DNA from: a virus
DNA length: 64,000 nucleotides
Reading direction: 5' to 3' (one strand)
Virus record (IMG/VR): IMGVR_UViG_3300009285_005630
Each line of letters opens with the position of its first letter. The first letter of the stretch is position 1. This document shows positions 45,307 through 53,819 of this stretch, piece by piece. The position numbers were made by a program, and so were the translations under genes. The notes under the pieces are model-generated. The model was not told where the DNA came from. It searched no databases and saw nothing but the letters and a program-made list of their open reading frames with translations.

Positions 45307-45555
45307 ATGCAGGATGTGTACAGGGAACTGATAATCGCGGCCATGAAATATTCCAATGGGACATGCTGTCTGCTGGTGGATGGGAATAAGCACGCGGCCG
45401 TTTTGGACTCTTATGAGGATGGACACGAGATGCTGGATCTGGGCATCCTCCCCTTGTACGACACGGAAGAGGAGGCGATTAGGGCGCTGTTGAGTAGATT
45501 CAGTGCGCCGGGGCCAGCTCCGGTAGTGGAAGAGGGGGCAACCTGTGTGGGGTAA
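45307..45555 (+). CDS. Hypothetical protein
   Basis: SD AGGAGG. Confidence 0.6.
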   Translation: MQDVYRELIIAAMKYSNGTCCLLVDGNKHAAVLDSYEDGHEMLDLGILPLYDTEEEAIRALLSRFSAPGPAPVVEEGATCVG

Positions 45556-45558
45556 CCC

Positions 45559-45942
45559 GTGGCGGTGGCGTATCCTCGTGTGCTGTGCAGTGTTCCTTAT
45601 CATCTTGGGAGTTCTCCTGTGCCGAGCGGTCCGATAGTTCACCCACCGGTGGAGCTGCGGTGCGGGCACTGCAATGCTATGCTGACGTGGTGGGATCGCA
45701 AGGGGCATACGCTGGTCCTATCCTGCGCCAATTGCCGGGATCGCGCTTTAGGCGTTGGTGTCCTGGTAGGCATGAAGGCAATGGAAGGCGGGAACGGAAA
45801 GGCCAAAGTGGAAGCAACAATCACGGGGGATGAGCACTGGAGAACGGCGCAGTTCCCTCCGGCGGTCATTGCTCTGCTTTCCTCCTGCGTGGATCAGTAC
45901 TTGTGGCCCCCGCCCAATCGCAAAAGGTTGCGGAGGCGCTAA
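45559..45942 (+). CDS. Zinc-ribbon protein
   Basis: CGHC and CANC pairs. Confidence 0.5.
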   Translation: MAVAYPRVLCSVPYHLGSSPVPSGPIVHPPVELRCGHCNAMLTWWDRKGHTLVLSCANCRDRALGVGVLVGMKAMEGGNGKAKVEATITGDEHWRTAQFPPAVIALLSSCVDQYLWPPPNRKRLRRR

Positions 45943-46406
45943 TGGACGAATTGCAGGCGATGGCACGGAAGTTTGAAGCTCAGCTTGAGGCGTGTATCAT
46001 CCGTACCGTCCAAGAAAAAGGCAACGCGGCCGACGATGACGGCGCGGTTATAGAAGAAACCCGTCGTCTTATGTGTGAGGCCATGAATGTGTTCATTACC
46101 CGAATCAAAGAACACGGGGAACAGTACCGCCGCCGGTGCGTCAAGTTCACGCACAAGGAATTCTTCCTTTCCATGCACCACGGGTTTATGGACTGGGATC
46201 ACTTCGTGGACTTCTTGACATTCTCCGACAACACAAAAGCGCACCTGAAGAAAGACTTCCGCGATGCCTTGTTTGAGCAGGATCCCCTTCGGTTGGAACT
46301 CTATGAGAAGGGGCGCAAGCTGCACTTGGAGTGCGAGCAAGAACGCTTGGTACGCGGGGAGAAGAAAGCCCTCGTGAACCGGCTCAAGCATCCAAATATT
46401 AGGTGA
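45942..46406 (+). CDS. Hypothetical protein
   Basis: SD GGAGG; ATG overlaps the previous stop. Confidence 0.55.
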   Translation: MDELQAMARKFEAQLEACIIRTVQEKGNAADDDGAVIEETRRLMCEAMNVFITRIKEHGEQYRRRCVKFTHKEFFLSMHHGFMDWDHFVDFLTFSDNTKAHLKKDFRDALFEQDPLRLELYEKGRKLHLECEQERLVRGEKKALVNRLKHPNIR

Positions 46407-46410
46407 AGGA

Positions 46411-46944
46411 ATGGATATGGACTATACATGGGTCATCAATCACGGCTCAGTTTTGCTCCCTGGTTTTCAACAGAAATCCGTGGGGAAGTTTGTCAGTAAT
46501 GGGGTCTACGCATTCCAAAGAGAAACGCCTGATGGACACATGCTTTGGCCGTTTCTGGAGAGCGAAATGAAACTCCTTCCTACTATATTTTCGCGCGTCT
46601 GTGGCTGGTGTCATACGCCGCAAGGCACGTGTGTATCTCCGAGCGACCTATGCGAGAACCGCAAGGGAATTTTGTATTGCACTCGGGAACGTGGACATGA
46701 GGGAGCACACGTTGCGTGTAGACTGGGTGGGTCATTGGATGCGCCTGACGCCCATCCTATTCTGGTATGGTCCGAGTTGCCCCAAGAAGGCAGGTGTCAG
46801 GTTGACGTTGAGATTCCTGACCCTGATGGCACGATTGACTATCGTCCTATTCTCGCGCATGGTACTCCTTTGAGGACCGGAGATCCAAAGGAAGTGCGCG
46901 TGTTATGCCTCAATGAAAAACAAGCGCCGTGGTGTATGGTCTGA
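46411..46944 (+). CDS. Cys/His-rich hypothetical protein
   Basis: CGWC; CTRERGHEGAHVAC. Confidence 0.55.
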   Translation: MDMDYTWVINHGSVLLPGFQQKSVGKFVSNGVYAFQRETPDGHMLWPFLESEMKLLPTIFSRVCGWCHTPQGTCVSPSDLCENRKGILYCTRERGHEGAHVACRLGGSLDAPDAHPILVWSELPQEGRCQVDVEIPDPDGTIDYRPILAHGTPLRTGDPKEVRVLCLNEKQAPWCMV

Positions 46945-47001
46945 TTCATGATGCACTATGCTTGGCCCGCTTGGGTTATATTATCAAGAAGGAGAACTAA
47001 C

Positions 47002-47310
47002 ATGGGAATCTACAAGACGGAGTACAAGTGTTCCCGGTGCAAGAACGTTGTGGCCTCCATCGAGCCCCCGGACGGAGGTATCCTGATTGCCCCCTGCGCT
47101 CTGTGCTTGAAGGAGTACCACCAGAAGGGCGTGGAGTTTGCGGAGGCGCAAGCCAAGAAGGAGGCTGGGATGTCGCCGGAAGACCTCCAGGACCGGAAGA
47201 ACTTACAGACCATCCAAACCCTCCTGAGAAATCGTGGGGACGCACACCTGGCCGAATGGGTTACGCTAAAACTTGCCGAACAGGTGATGCAGACACTCCC
47301 CAAGGAATAG
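47002..47310 (+). CDS. Zinc-ribbon protein
   Basis: SD AAGGAG; CSRC and CALC. Confidence 0.6.
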   Translation: MGIYKTEYKCSRCKNVVASIEPPDGGILIAPCALCLKEYHQKGVEFAEAQAKKEAGMSPEDLQDRKNLQTIQTLLRNRGDAHLAEWVTLKLAEQVMQTLPKE

Positions 47311-47321
47311 GGCAACCCGTC

Positions 47322-47645
47322 GTGTCCTGCTGCCCCTGCGATTTTGAACGAATGCTTCAAAAGGCCCGAGAGGGGGAGAGTGTCTCGGTTTGCACTTCCT
47401 CTTGGACGGCCCCAGGAAATTCTATGCCCTATCTCTGCACGCGCATCAACGATCATGCGGGTCAGCACATGGCCTGTGGAACAGTTCCTCCTGAATGTGG
47501 AGGACTCCCGTTGGCTACGTGGGATGATGCCGGTGTAGGTGAGCGAAGGGCACGAGTGCCTTTTACAGACTATCCGAAGTCCTACCTGCACGAGGCCAAG
47601 GCGCTATTCGCTCGCGTTTTAGACTGCCTGACGTTCCGGAAGTAG
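47322..47645 (+). CDS. Cys/His-rich hypothetical protein
   Basis: CTRINDHAGQHMAC; start uncertain. Confidence 0.45.
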   Translation: MSCCPCDFERMLQKAREGESVSVCTSSWTAPGNSMPYLCTRINDHAGQHMACGTVPPECGGLPLATWDDAGVGERRARVPFTDYPKSYLHEAKALFARVLDCLTFRK

Positions 47646-47678
47646 AGAACAGAGCAATAAAAAGAAACGGAGTAGACT

Positions 47679-47999
47679 ATGAGAATGAGATTCTTGGGTA
47701 CAGGCAGCGCATTCACAATCAAGAACTGGCAAAGCAATGTTTTGGTCGAAGTGGAAGACGGTACGGTGGTACGCCGTCTCCTGATTGATGCTGGAGGGGA
47801 TATCCGGCATTCTCTCGCCGAACAGAAATTAAATTACATGGATGTTGATGCAGTCTTTATCAGTCACCTTCACGGGGACCACGCTCAGGGATTGGAGTAT
47901 TTAGGCTTCTGCAATTTCTCTATTAAAGATGGCTTTATAGGGTTTGTACAGAAGGGGCAGACGATTGAACCGGTTGATGTGAAGGCACAGAATCGCTAA
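47679..47999 (+). pseudogene. Truncated metallo-beta-lactamase-fold hydrolase (RNase Z-like N-terminus)
   Basis: FLGTGSAF, LIDAG and SHLHGDH, then stop after 106 aa without the downstream His/Asp motifs. Confidence 0.75.
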
Positions 48000-48310
48000 T
48001 GGCATGTGCTTCCTGCAACTCCGTCAACATCACAGCCCGTCACGGCTGGTTGCGTTGCTCCGATTGCGGGAAGGTCTGGCGCGACGGTGTGACCCCCATA
48101 CCAAAACCCGCGTGCAATCCTCCTGTGCGTTATCCTCCAAGTGAGCTGGATACCTGCCCCTTCTGTGGGTACGTTGCCGACATGGCGGAGATGCCGGAGG
48201 GCTGGTTTGGTGTGTGCTTGGATGGAAACTGTGGGGCCATGGGTCCGGTCAGACCAACACGGGTGGAAGCCGTGACGGCGTACAACTCTCGATGGGCTCC
48301 CCCATTTTGA
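47999..48310 (+). CDS. Lar-family restriction alleviation-like protein with extra N-terminal zinc ribbon
   Basis: CPFCG...VC..NCGAMGP...EAVTAYNSR. Confidence 0.7.
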   Translation: MACASCNSVNITARHGWLRCSDCGKVWRDGVTPIPKPACNPPVRYPPSELDTCPFCGYVADMAEMPEGWFGVCLDGNCGAMGPVRPTRVEAVTAYNSRWAPPF

Positions 48311-48318
48311 AAGGAGGC

Positions 48319-49050
48319 ATGATGGTTAAGCGTATTCTCACCGTATGCAGGGATTTCGGTGTCGTAGCGCTATTGGTGCTGGCCGTGTGGCTGGGCCTCG
48401 TGGTCATCGGCCTGCAACGCAACATTATCACCATGCAGGACAAGCTCCGCATCAGTGACAGCCGCGTGGAGGCCGTGAACGGCATCTCCGAGGATATGGG
48501 CCTAACCTTTCGCCTGGTGGACGGCATCGCGGCCCGTAACCCCAAGCTGAAAGCACGTGAGGTATCCGACATCTCCCTGTCCATTCTGCGGGCGTACAAA
48601 GCACACAGGGACCTTGGCCTTACCCTTCCGATGATTTGTGGCGTGATCCAGACGGAGAGCAACTTCCTTCCCACGGCGTTGAGCGCCAAAGGGGCCATGG
48701 GGGAGATGCAACTCATGCCGGAGACGGCGAAGGTCTACATGGAGCGGGATGGCTATCCCTATGATCTCAACTTGCTCTACAATCCCACACTGAATATCAC
48801 GTGGGGGTGCCGTCACTTAGTGGACCTCCATGTCGTCTACGAGGGGTTACCGACCGTGCGGGATCCTACCTGGCGTAATGCCCTGCTGGCGTACCTGGGC
48901 GGCGCGGAAAATCTACGCTCGTTCTTGATCTGGGAGCACGCGGGACGGAAGTCCGCCTTCTATATACCCAAGTACGAGGACTATCCCCGTGCTGTCTTGG
49001 ACGCGGCGGCGGAGTGGCAGGAAATTCTTTACGGGACGGCAAAACACTGA
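48319..49050 (+). CDS. Membrane-anchored lytic transglycosylase (SLT domain)
   Basis: N-terminal TM segment; IQTESNF...SAKGAMGEMQLMPETA...AY.GG. Confidence 0.9.
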   Translation: MMVKRILTVCRDFGVVALLVLAVWLGLVVIGLQRNIITMQDKLRISDSRVEAVNGISEDMGLTFRLVDGIAARNPKLKAREVSDISLSILRAYKAHRDLGLTLPMICGVIQTESNFLPTALSAKGAMGEMQLMPETAKVYMERDGYPYDLNLLYNPTLNITWGCRHLVDLHVVYEGLPTVRDPTWRNALLAYLGGAENLRSFLIWEHAGRKSAFYIPKYEDYPRAVLDAAAEWQEILYGTAKH

Positions 49051-49127
49051 GACACTACCAGGCCCTAAATCCTTTTGACAGGAGGGATTATAGACAGGTA
49101 GCACAGGGTTCCATTCTTCACGGCGCA

Positions 49128-49167
49128 CCCCAGAGCCAGCAGGAGTCTGCTCTGGGGTTTTTATTTT
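49128..49167 (+). terminator. Intrinsic terminator
   Basis: CCCCAGAGC/GCTCTGGGG stem plus TTTTTATTTT. Confidence 0.8.
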
Positions 49168-49184
49168 GACTTCCAATCTTTCTC

Positions 49185-49212
49185 TTGACAAAATGAATTC
49201 TTCCTCTATAGT
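49185..49212 (+). promoter_or_regulatory. Sigma70-type promoter, probably leaderless transcript
   Basis: TTGACA-16-TATAGT; ATG 6 nt downstream. Confidence 0.75.
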
Positions 49213-49218
49213 AGTGCC

Positions 49219-49539
49219 ATGCTTGAAACCGGACTGGAACACGTCACACACCTTGCCGTGGTTGTATCCAACCCCCGGTCCTTAAAGCTATTAGGCGCAA
49301 AATTCGTGGAAATCGCGGACGTGATCGGTGAAGACAATACCTGTTGCCTTCTGGAAATGTTCGCGGGCAAGACGTTGGAGTTCCCTTCCGGGGTCGAGAT
49401 ATCCCGTGCGCATCAGAAGTTGCATGTCTGGCAATTGAAACGATGGGGCAAGACGGATGAGGAAATCGCCAAGAAAACGGGCATCAGCATCGCCGACGTT
49501 CCCATGCTGGTCCAGGGCATGGACGCCCTGCTGGATTAG
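49219..49539 (+). CDS. Mor/C-family transcription activator-like protein
   Basis: IADVIGED...LLEMFAGKTLEFP and C-terminal HTH EEIAKKTGIS. Confidence 0.6.
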   Translation: MLETGLEHVTHLAVVVSNPRSLKLLGAKFVEIADVIGEDNTCCLLEMFAGKTLEFPSGVEISRAHQKLHVWQLKRWGKTDEEIAKKTGISIADVPMLVQGMDALLD

Positions 49540-49548
49540 GAGGCTACC

Positions 49549-49683
49549 TTGGAAGACAACAAACCCTGGCCGGATGAATCTGTAGCCGTGGCACCCAAGC
49601 CGTGTCATCATGTCTGGGTCGTGGATTCGGCGACGGGGGAGAAAGTGTGTTCGCTGTGCTCGAAGCATCTGCTCCAGGACTGA
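49549..49683 (+). CDS. Small zinc-ribbon peptide
   Basis: SD AGGAGG before TTG; CHH...TGEKVCSLC. Confidence 0.45.
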   Translation: MEDNKPWPDESVAVAPKPCHHVWVVDSATGEKVCSLCSKHLLQD

Positions 49684-49685
49684 TC

Positions 49686-50030
49686 ATGCCGATCTGGATG
49701 GGATGGACGATCCTAAGCCTGTTGGCGGCGTTGACGGTATTCCTGCTGACCATGACCGTGCAACTTGTCCGGTATACCCGCGCCGTCGCGGGCCAACTGG
49801 ACGCCATGGGGGCCTTTTTCCAGGAAACAGAGGCTGAGTACCGCAAGCAATTGAAGGAAATCGTGGACGTACTGGCCCAGATGGCTCCCGCCTTGGTGGG
49901 GATGGCGGAGGCGATGGCAAAGAGCACGGTGACACGCCCCCTGGTGGATCGGGATCAGGAACGCTCGGAGCGCGCCACGACGTTTGCTAAGAAGACCCTG
50001 CACGCGCAGACGGAGGACGACCTTGAGTGA
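49686..50030 (+). CDS. Membrane-anchored coiled-coil protein
   Basis: N-terminal TM segment, then helical. Confidence 0.55.
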   Translation: MPIWMGWTILSLLAALTVFLLTMTVQLVRYTRAVAGQLDAMGAFFQETEAEYRKQLKEIVDVLAQMAPALVGMAEAMAKSTVTRPLVDRDQERSERATTFAKKTLHAQTEDDLE

Positions 50031-50586
50031 GAAACCGGGCCTGACGAAGACCAGTAGGCTCACGTCCCGCGATCTGCTCAATTGGATATCGGAAGACGGC
50101 GCGTTCCGTCCCGACGCGCGGGATCACCTTCGCCGGATCATTGAAGAATACCTGTCCAAGCTCAACGTCATCCTCGTGGCCATTGGCCAGGATGAGTTGC
50201 CCGCCCTGCAACGCTTACATGCCGTGGAAATGGCCTTGGTGGATGAGTTGGAGGACCGCAGCCGGGAGTCCATCGGGTTCTCAGGGCTGAAAGTGCAGGA
50301 CATGTCCATTCTGCTGGGGAGAATCACGGAAGCCAAGAAGGGCGTCATGGAGTTCGTCCAGGCCACGACGGAGCGCCTGGATTCTGTGGCACAGTTCCTT
50401 CAGGAGATGGACAAGGGGAAAGAAAAGAAGCCGGATAACCGCTATGTCACCATGGTACGGGCGCTATCCCCCAAGGATCGGGAGGAGTTGCGCTTGAAGT
50501 TGGAAGAACTATACCGCGCCCACACGTGCCCGGATACTCAGACGGGGGAATATGAAAGCTATGAAAGCACAGGAGCATCGGATTGA
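50023..50586 (+). CDS. Helical hypothetical protein
   Basis: SD GGAGG before TTG. Confidence 0.55.
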   Translation: MSEKPGLTKTSRLTSRDLLNWISEDGAFRPDARDHLRRIIEEYLSKLNVILVAIGQDELPALQRLHAVEMALVDELEDRSRESIGFSGLKVQDMSILLGRITEAKKGVMEFVQATTERLDSVAQFLQEMDKGKEKKPDNRYVTMVRALSPKDREELRLKLEELYRAHTCPDTQTGEYESYESTGASD

Positions 50587-50899
50587 GTTTGACCATCGCG
50601 GGTTCTACGGCCCTGCACCGTATCACTGCACGCTGACCTTGCAAGCCCATGACGCCTTTGAGGAGTTCTCTTTCGTCCCCGTTCCCATGATGGTGGTGAT
50701 GCTGAGGCAAGCCTTGGAAGCCCGAGACGTGAAAGATACCATCGGCATGCTGTCCCTGTGGGCGAACTCCGTCATGGAAAGCACCTTGACCCTGTTGAAA
50801 CAGGCGGAATGGCTGGATCGTATCAGCGCCATCCAAGTGACCGTCAAGTTTGGAGATAGCCCGCGTGTGACCGTCACTCGGGATGAGGACAAGGCGTAG
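50552..50899 (+). CDS. Hypothetical protein
   Basis: Packed ORF. Confidence 0.5.
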   Translation: MKAMKAQEHRIEFDHRGFYGPAPYHCTLTLQAHDAFEEFSFVPVPMMVVMLRQALEARDVKDTIGMLSLWANSVMESTLTLLKQAEWLDRISAIQVTVKFGDSPRVTVTRDEDKA

Positions 50900-50902
50900 A
50901 CC

Positions 50903-51904
50903 ATGATCCAGATACAAGGCCATCCTTTGGAGTCCCTCTATCGTGAAGTCCTGACCAAGTACGCCGACGTAGTGAGTCCGTTAAAGGAGAACCGGCGTCT
51001 GTTGGCGTCCGCGCTTCTGGACAACTGGGAATACGTTCAAACCGTCCCTATTCCCGAAGGCGTAGATGAGGTCAGAAGGAAGGAGGACCTTCAGCGCATG
51101 AGCGTGTGGATGAGAGACACTATTTTGGAATTTTGCCAGCGTACTATCCTTCCGAATATCATTTCCATTCAGCCCGCCATCCTGCGCCAAAACCATATTA
51201 AAAGCGACTTCCTATACCGTCGCGTGGAAATTAAAGAGGGCAGCGCGGATACCGTACCGGAAATAACTCTGCTGGACACACATCACACTCTCAGCCTGCT
51301 CCTTAGAAAGATGCGCATACGGCATCTCCTGACAAGAGCGCCTGGGGAAGTCGCGCAACAACTTATTGAAGATTTCGAGGCATACTTTTTCTATATTATG
51401 CGAGATAATGGTGTAGTAATAGAACTTCCTTTGTACGATAAAACCCCGCCGGTAGCTCAGGACTGGTTTGAGCATAATGTAAGAGCTTTTCCGGCTATGC
51501 TTTTTGCAGGGTGTTCCGAAGTACTCAAGAAAACACGAACCGTTTACCCAGATACGCTTCTCTGCGGGAAAAACGTAATTGCCTTCGTCGAGCATCTTCC
51601 AGATTTTCTGTTAGAAAAAACAGAACGTTCAACACGGGGAATACTTTCCTTGGGTAACAAGACTTTCACCGTCTACGCCTTGGATGGTGTTCATGATGAT
51701 TCATTTATCCTGCTTGCAGCCGAGAATAACGAACGGTTGCTGGCACATAATTTCATTTGGGCTCCTGGCTATCTCCTGGATATTTCAATGCCACACATAA
51801 ACACGGATTTCACCTGTTGCCAAGGAACCTTTTCCTTCTATGGTTGTTCGGCTCTGTGCAAGGCCTTCGCGTACGGAACCATCATAGCCGGAGTGCAAGC
51901 GTGA
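50903..51904 (+). CDS. T4 gp23/gp24-like (HK97-fold) capsid protein paralogue, divergent
   Basis: ALLDNW, ILPNIISIQP, PEITL...RKMR and FIWAPG align by eye with LLENQ, LIAN.VSVQP, PEI.L...TRKLK and YVYAPY of gp23-like MCPs. Confidence 0.55.
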   Translation: MIQIQGHPLESLYREVLTKYADVVSPLKENRRLLASALLDNWEYVQTVPIPEGVDEVRRKEDLQRMSVWMRDTILEFCQRTILPNIISIQPAILRQNHIKSDFLYRRVEIKEGSADTVPEITLLDTHHTLSLLLRKMRIRHLLTRAPGEVAQQLIEDFEAYFFYIMRDNGVVIELPLYDKTPPVAQDWFEHNVRAFPAMLFAGCSEVLKKTRTVYPDTLLCGKNVIAFVEHLPDFLLEKTERSTRGILSLGNKTFTVYALDGVHDDSFILLAAENNERLLAHNFIWAPGYLLDISMPHINTDFTCCQGTFSFYGCSALCKAFAYGTIIAGVQA

Positions 51905-53517
51905 ATATAGACTACTTAGGCTTCGGCATTATCCAGGCAGGTCGGAACGTCGGCCGGTCCGCGCGCATTCTCTCCATTCACGGGTGCGATATAAATTGTG
52001 TTCATCCGGACACATTAGTTACAATGAGTAATTTTACCCAAAAGAAAATCTCTATGCTAATTCCCGGGGATGAGATATTAGGAGTTAAGGCAAAGGAGGG
52101 TAGGAAGAAACGAAGTATGTTGTGTAGTCAATTAGTACAGCACGTTTGGGTTTCAGGTATAAAAGAGGGTTACAGTCTTGATTTTATTTCAGGTAATATT
52201 ATAGGAAGCGGTAAGCATAAAATTTATTCTACTCGCAGAGGGACCTACGCGGAGTTAAGAAACTGTAATGGAAGTACCGGTAAAATGTTCCCATCTTGTA
52301 ACTGTGAATTTAATAAAACATATGCATTAGGGTATATAAACGGGGCATGCTACGGAGATGGGTGGTTTAACACGAAACAATTTAGCATGGATACTGTCGA
52401 TAAGGAGTTTGCGGATAGATTTGTGGCTATGGCATGCCTACTTAATTTTAAGATAAGATATAGCGTTGCTCCGTATAACAAAGGATCAAAGTACACGGTT
52501 TTATACCGAATTCATACCAAGCAACGTAATTTTATATCTCTACTTGGAAATAAGAAGTTCGATAAAGGGGAACTTTTCAGGGGGTGGGTAGCGGGATTTT
52601 TTGATGCCGAGGGAAGCTGGACGAAGCACTGCGGAATCACGATGGTACAAACAAAAGATTTAAATCTTATGCAAGAAGTATCTTCAAGACTAAATAATCT
52701 CGGATACACAAATGCTCTATACACTCAAGACATTCCTAAGTTGAAGCCAAAAGTTTTATACCGCATTCAGATTAATAAAGTAAGAGACTCCCTTAAATTT
52801 TTTATGTGGGCTAATCCAGCTATTCAACGTAAATTTAGGCCTTCCGGATTAGAGGCTTTGGAACAGGTAGGGTTGCATGTTGGTGAACAGTGCTATACCG
52901 GAGAAATGTGGGATATAGAAACGAGCACAGGTAATTTTTTTGCTAACGGATTGCTGGTGCATAATTGTTCATACTGCGATAAAGTCCTGGGGGAAGACGG
53001 CAAGGATGTGACTGTTGACGAACTGTTCAAGGAGATCACAGCACTCCCATCGCCCAGCATGCTCCATATCAACGGCGGGGAGCCCTTGTTCCAGTCCGCT
53101 GAGTTATTGGAGATGCTTAGCCTTCTCGGCAGGCGTCCGATAGATATTGAAGTCCGCACGTCTGGAACGGTGGAAATCTTCGGACTGTTGCGCCATGATA
53201 ATGTCAGGGTCTTGATGGAGTACAAACTCCCCAGTTCCGACGTTGGGTACAGAATGCTGGAATCCAACGTCCGGGCCTTGCGCGGACGGGATGACATGCT
53301 ATTTTCCCCCCAGGATGACGGGGACGTGCTGAAAGCGCAGGAAATCATCCAAGCCGTGCGCTCCTATAAAACCACGGTGGCGTGCCCGGAATTCTGTTTT
53401 ATCTCCTCCAGAACCAGTTATACCTTTGATGAAATGATGGATCGCATGCGGCGCATCGGTCTGCTGTGGTCTCCGGGAATCCGTGTGCTCCGGGGCACGG
53501 ACAAGATCGTATCCTGA
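51901..53517 (+). CDS. QueE-like radical SAM protein interrupted by an intein
   Basis: Spliced sequence gives GCDINCSYCD (CxxxCxxC), then INGGEPLFQ and YKLPSS. Confidence 0.75.
   Translation: MNIDYLGFGIIQAGRNVGRSARILSIHGCDINCVHPDTLVTMSNFTQKKISMLIPGDEILGVKAKEGRKKRSMLCSQLVQHVWVSGIKEGYSLDFISGNIIGSGKHKIYSTRRGTYAELRNCNGSTGKMFPSCNCEFNKTYALGYINGACYGDGWFNTKQFSMDTVDKEFADRFVAMACLLNFKIRYSVAPYNKGSKYTVLYRIHTKQRNFISLLGNKKFDKGELFRGWVAGFFDAEGSWTKHCGITMVQTKDLNLMQEVSSRLNNLGYTNALYTQDIPKLKPKVLYRIQINKVRDSLKFFMWANPAIQRKFRPSGLEALEQVGLHVGEQCYTGEMWDIETSTGNFFANGLLVHNCSYCDKVLGEDGKDVTVDELFKEITALPSPSMLHINGGEPLFQSAELLEMLSLLGRRPIDIEVRTSGTVEIFGLLRHDNVRVLMEYKLPSSDVGYRMLESNVRALRGRDDMLFSPQDDGDVLKAQEIIQAVRSYKTTVACPEFCFISSRTSYTFDEMMDRMRRIGLLWSPGIRVLRGTDKIVS
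51997..52965 (+). mobile_element. Intein (323 aa) with LAGLIDADG homing endonuclease
   Basis: Starts CVHPDTLV, ends FFANGLLVHN followed by Cys; GYINGACYGDG and WVAGFFDAEG blocks; visibly AT-rich. Confidence 0.92.
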
Positions 53518-53819
53518 TGCCGCGCGGGCAAGCTCGAACGAAGTGCCTGATGGAGGAACATGACGTGCAACGGGCGTGCTTACTCATCAAGTATGCCAAC
53601 ACGTCGGCCAGCATTCTATCCGCCGTGGCTCTGCTGGAGGAAAACGGCTACGGCCTGCACTCCAAAGTGACGGGCAAGTGCGCCATCAATATCCAAGCCG
53701 CGCCGGACGACCCGCAGGCCATCACGCTCAAATATGTGCGCGGTCGCACCGTTCGCATGTTAGTCAAGAAAGCCAAATGGTGGCTGACTATTGCAAAACA
53801 GCCCAAGGAGGGGTTATGA
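53517..53819 (+). CDS. Hypothetical protein
   Basis: ATG overlaps the previous stop. Confidence 0.5.
   Translation: MPRGQARTKCLMEEHDVQRACLLIKYANTSASILSAVALLEENGYGLHSKVTGKCAINIQAAPDDPQAITLKYVRGRTVRMLVKKAKWWLTIAKQPKEGL

Noticed and set aside
50551-50569. Tandem TATGAAAGC repeat
   Set aside because: Only two 9-nt copies in an overlapping coding region; no regulatory context.
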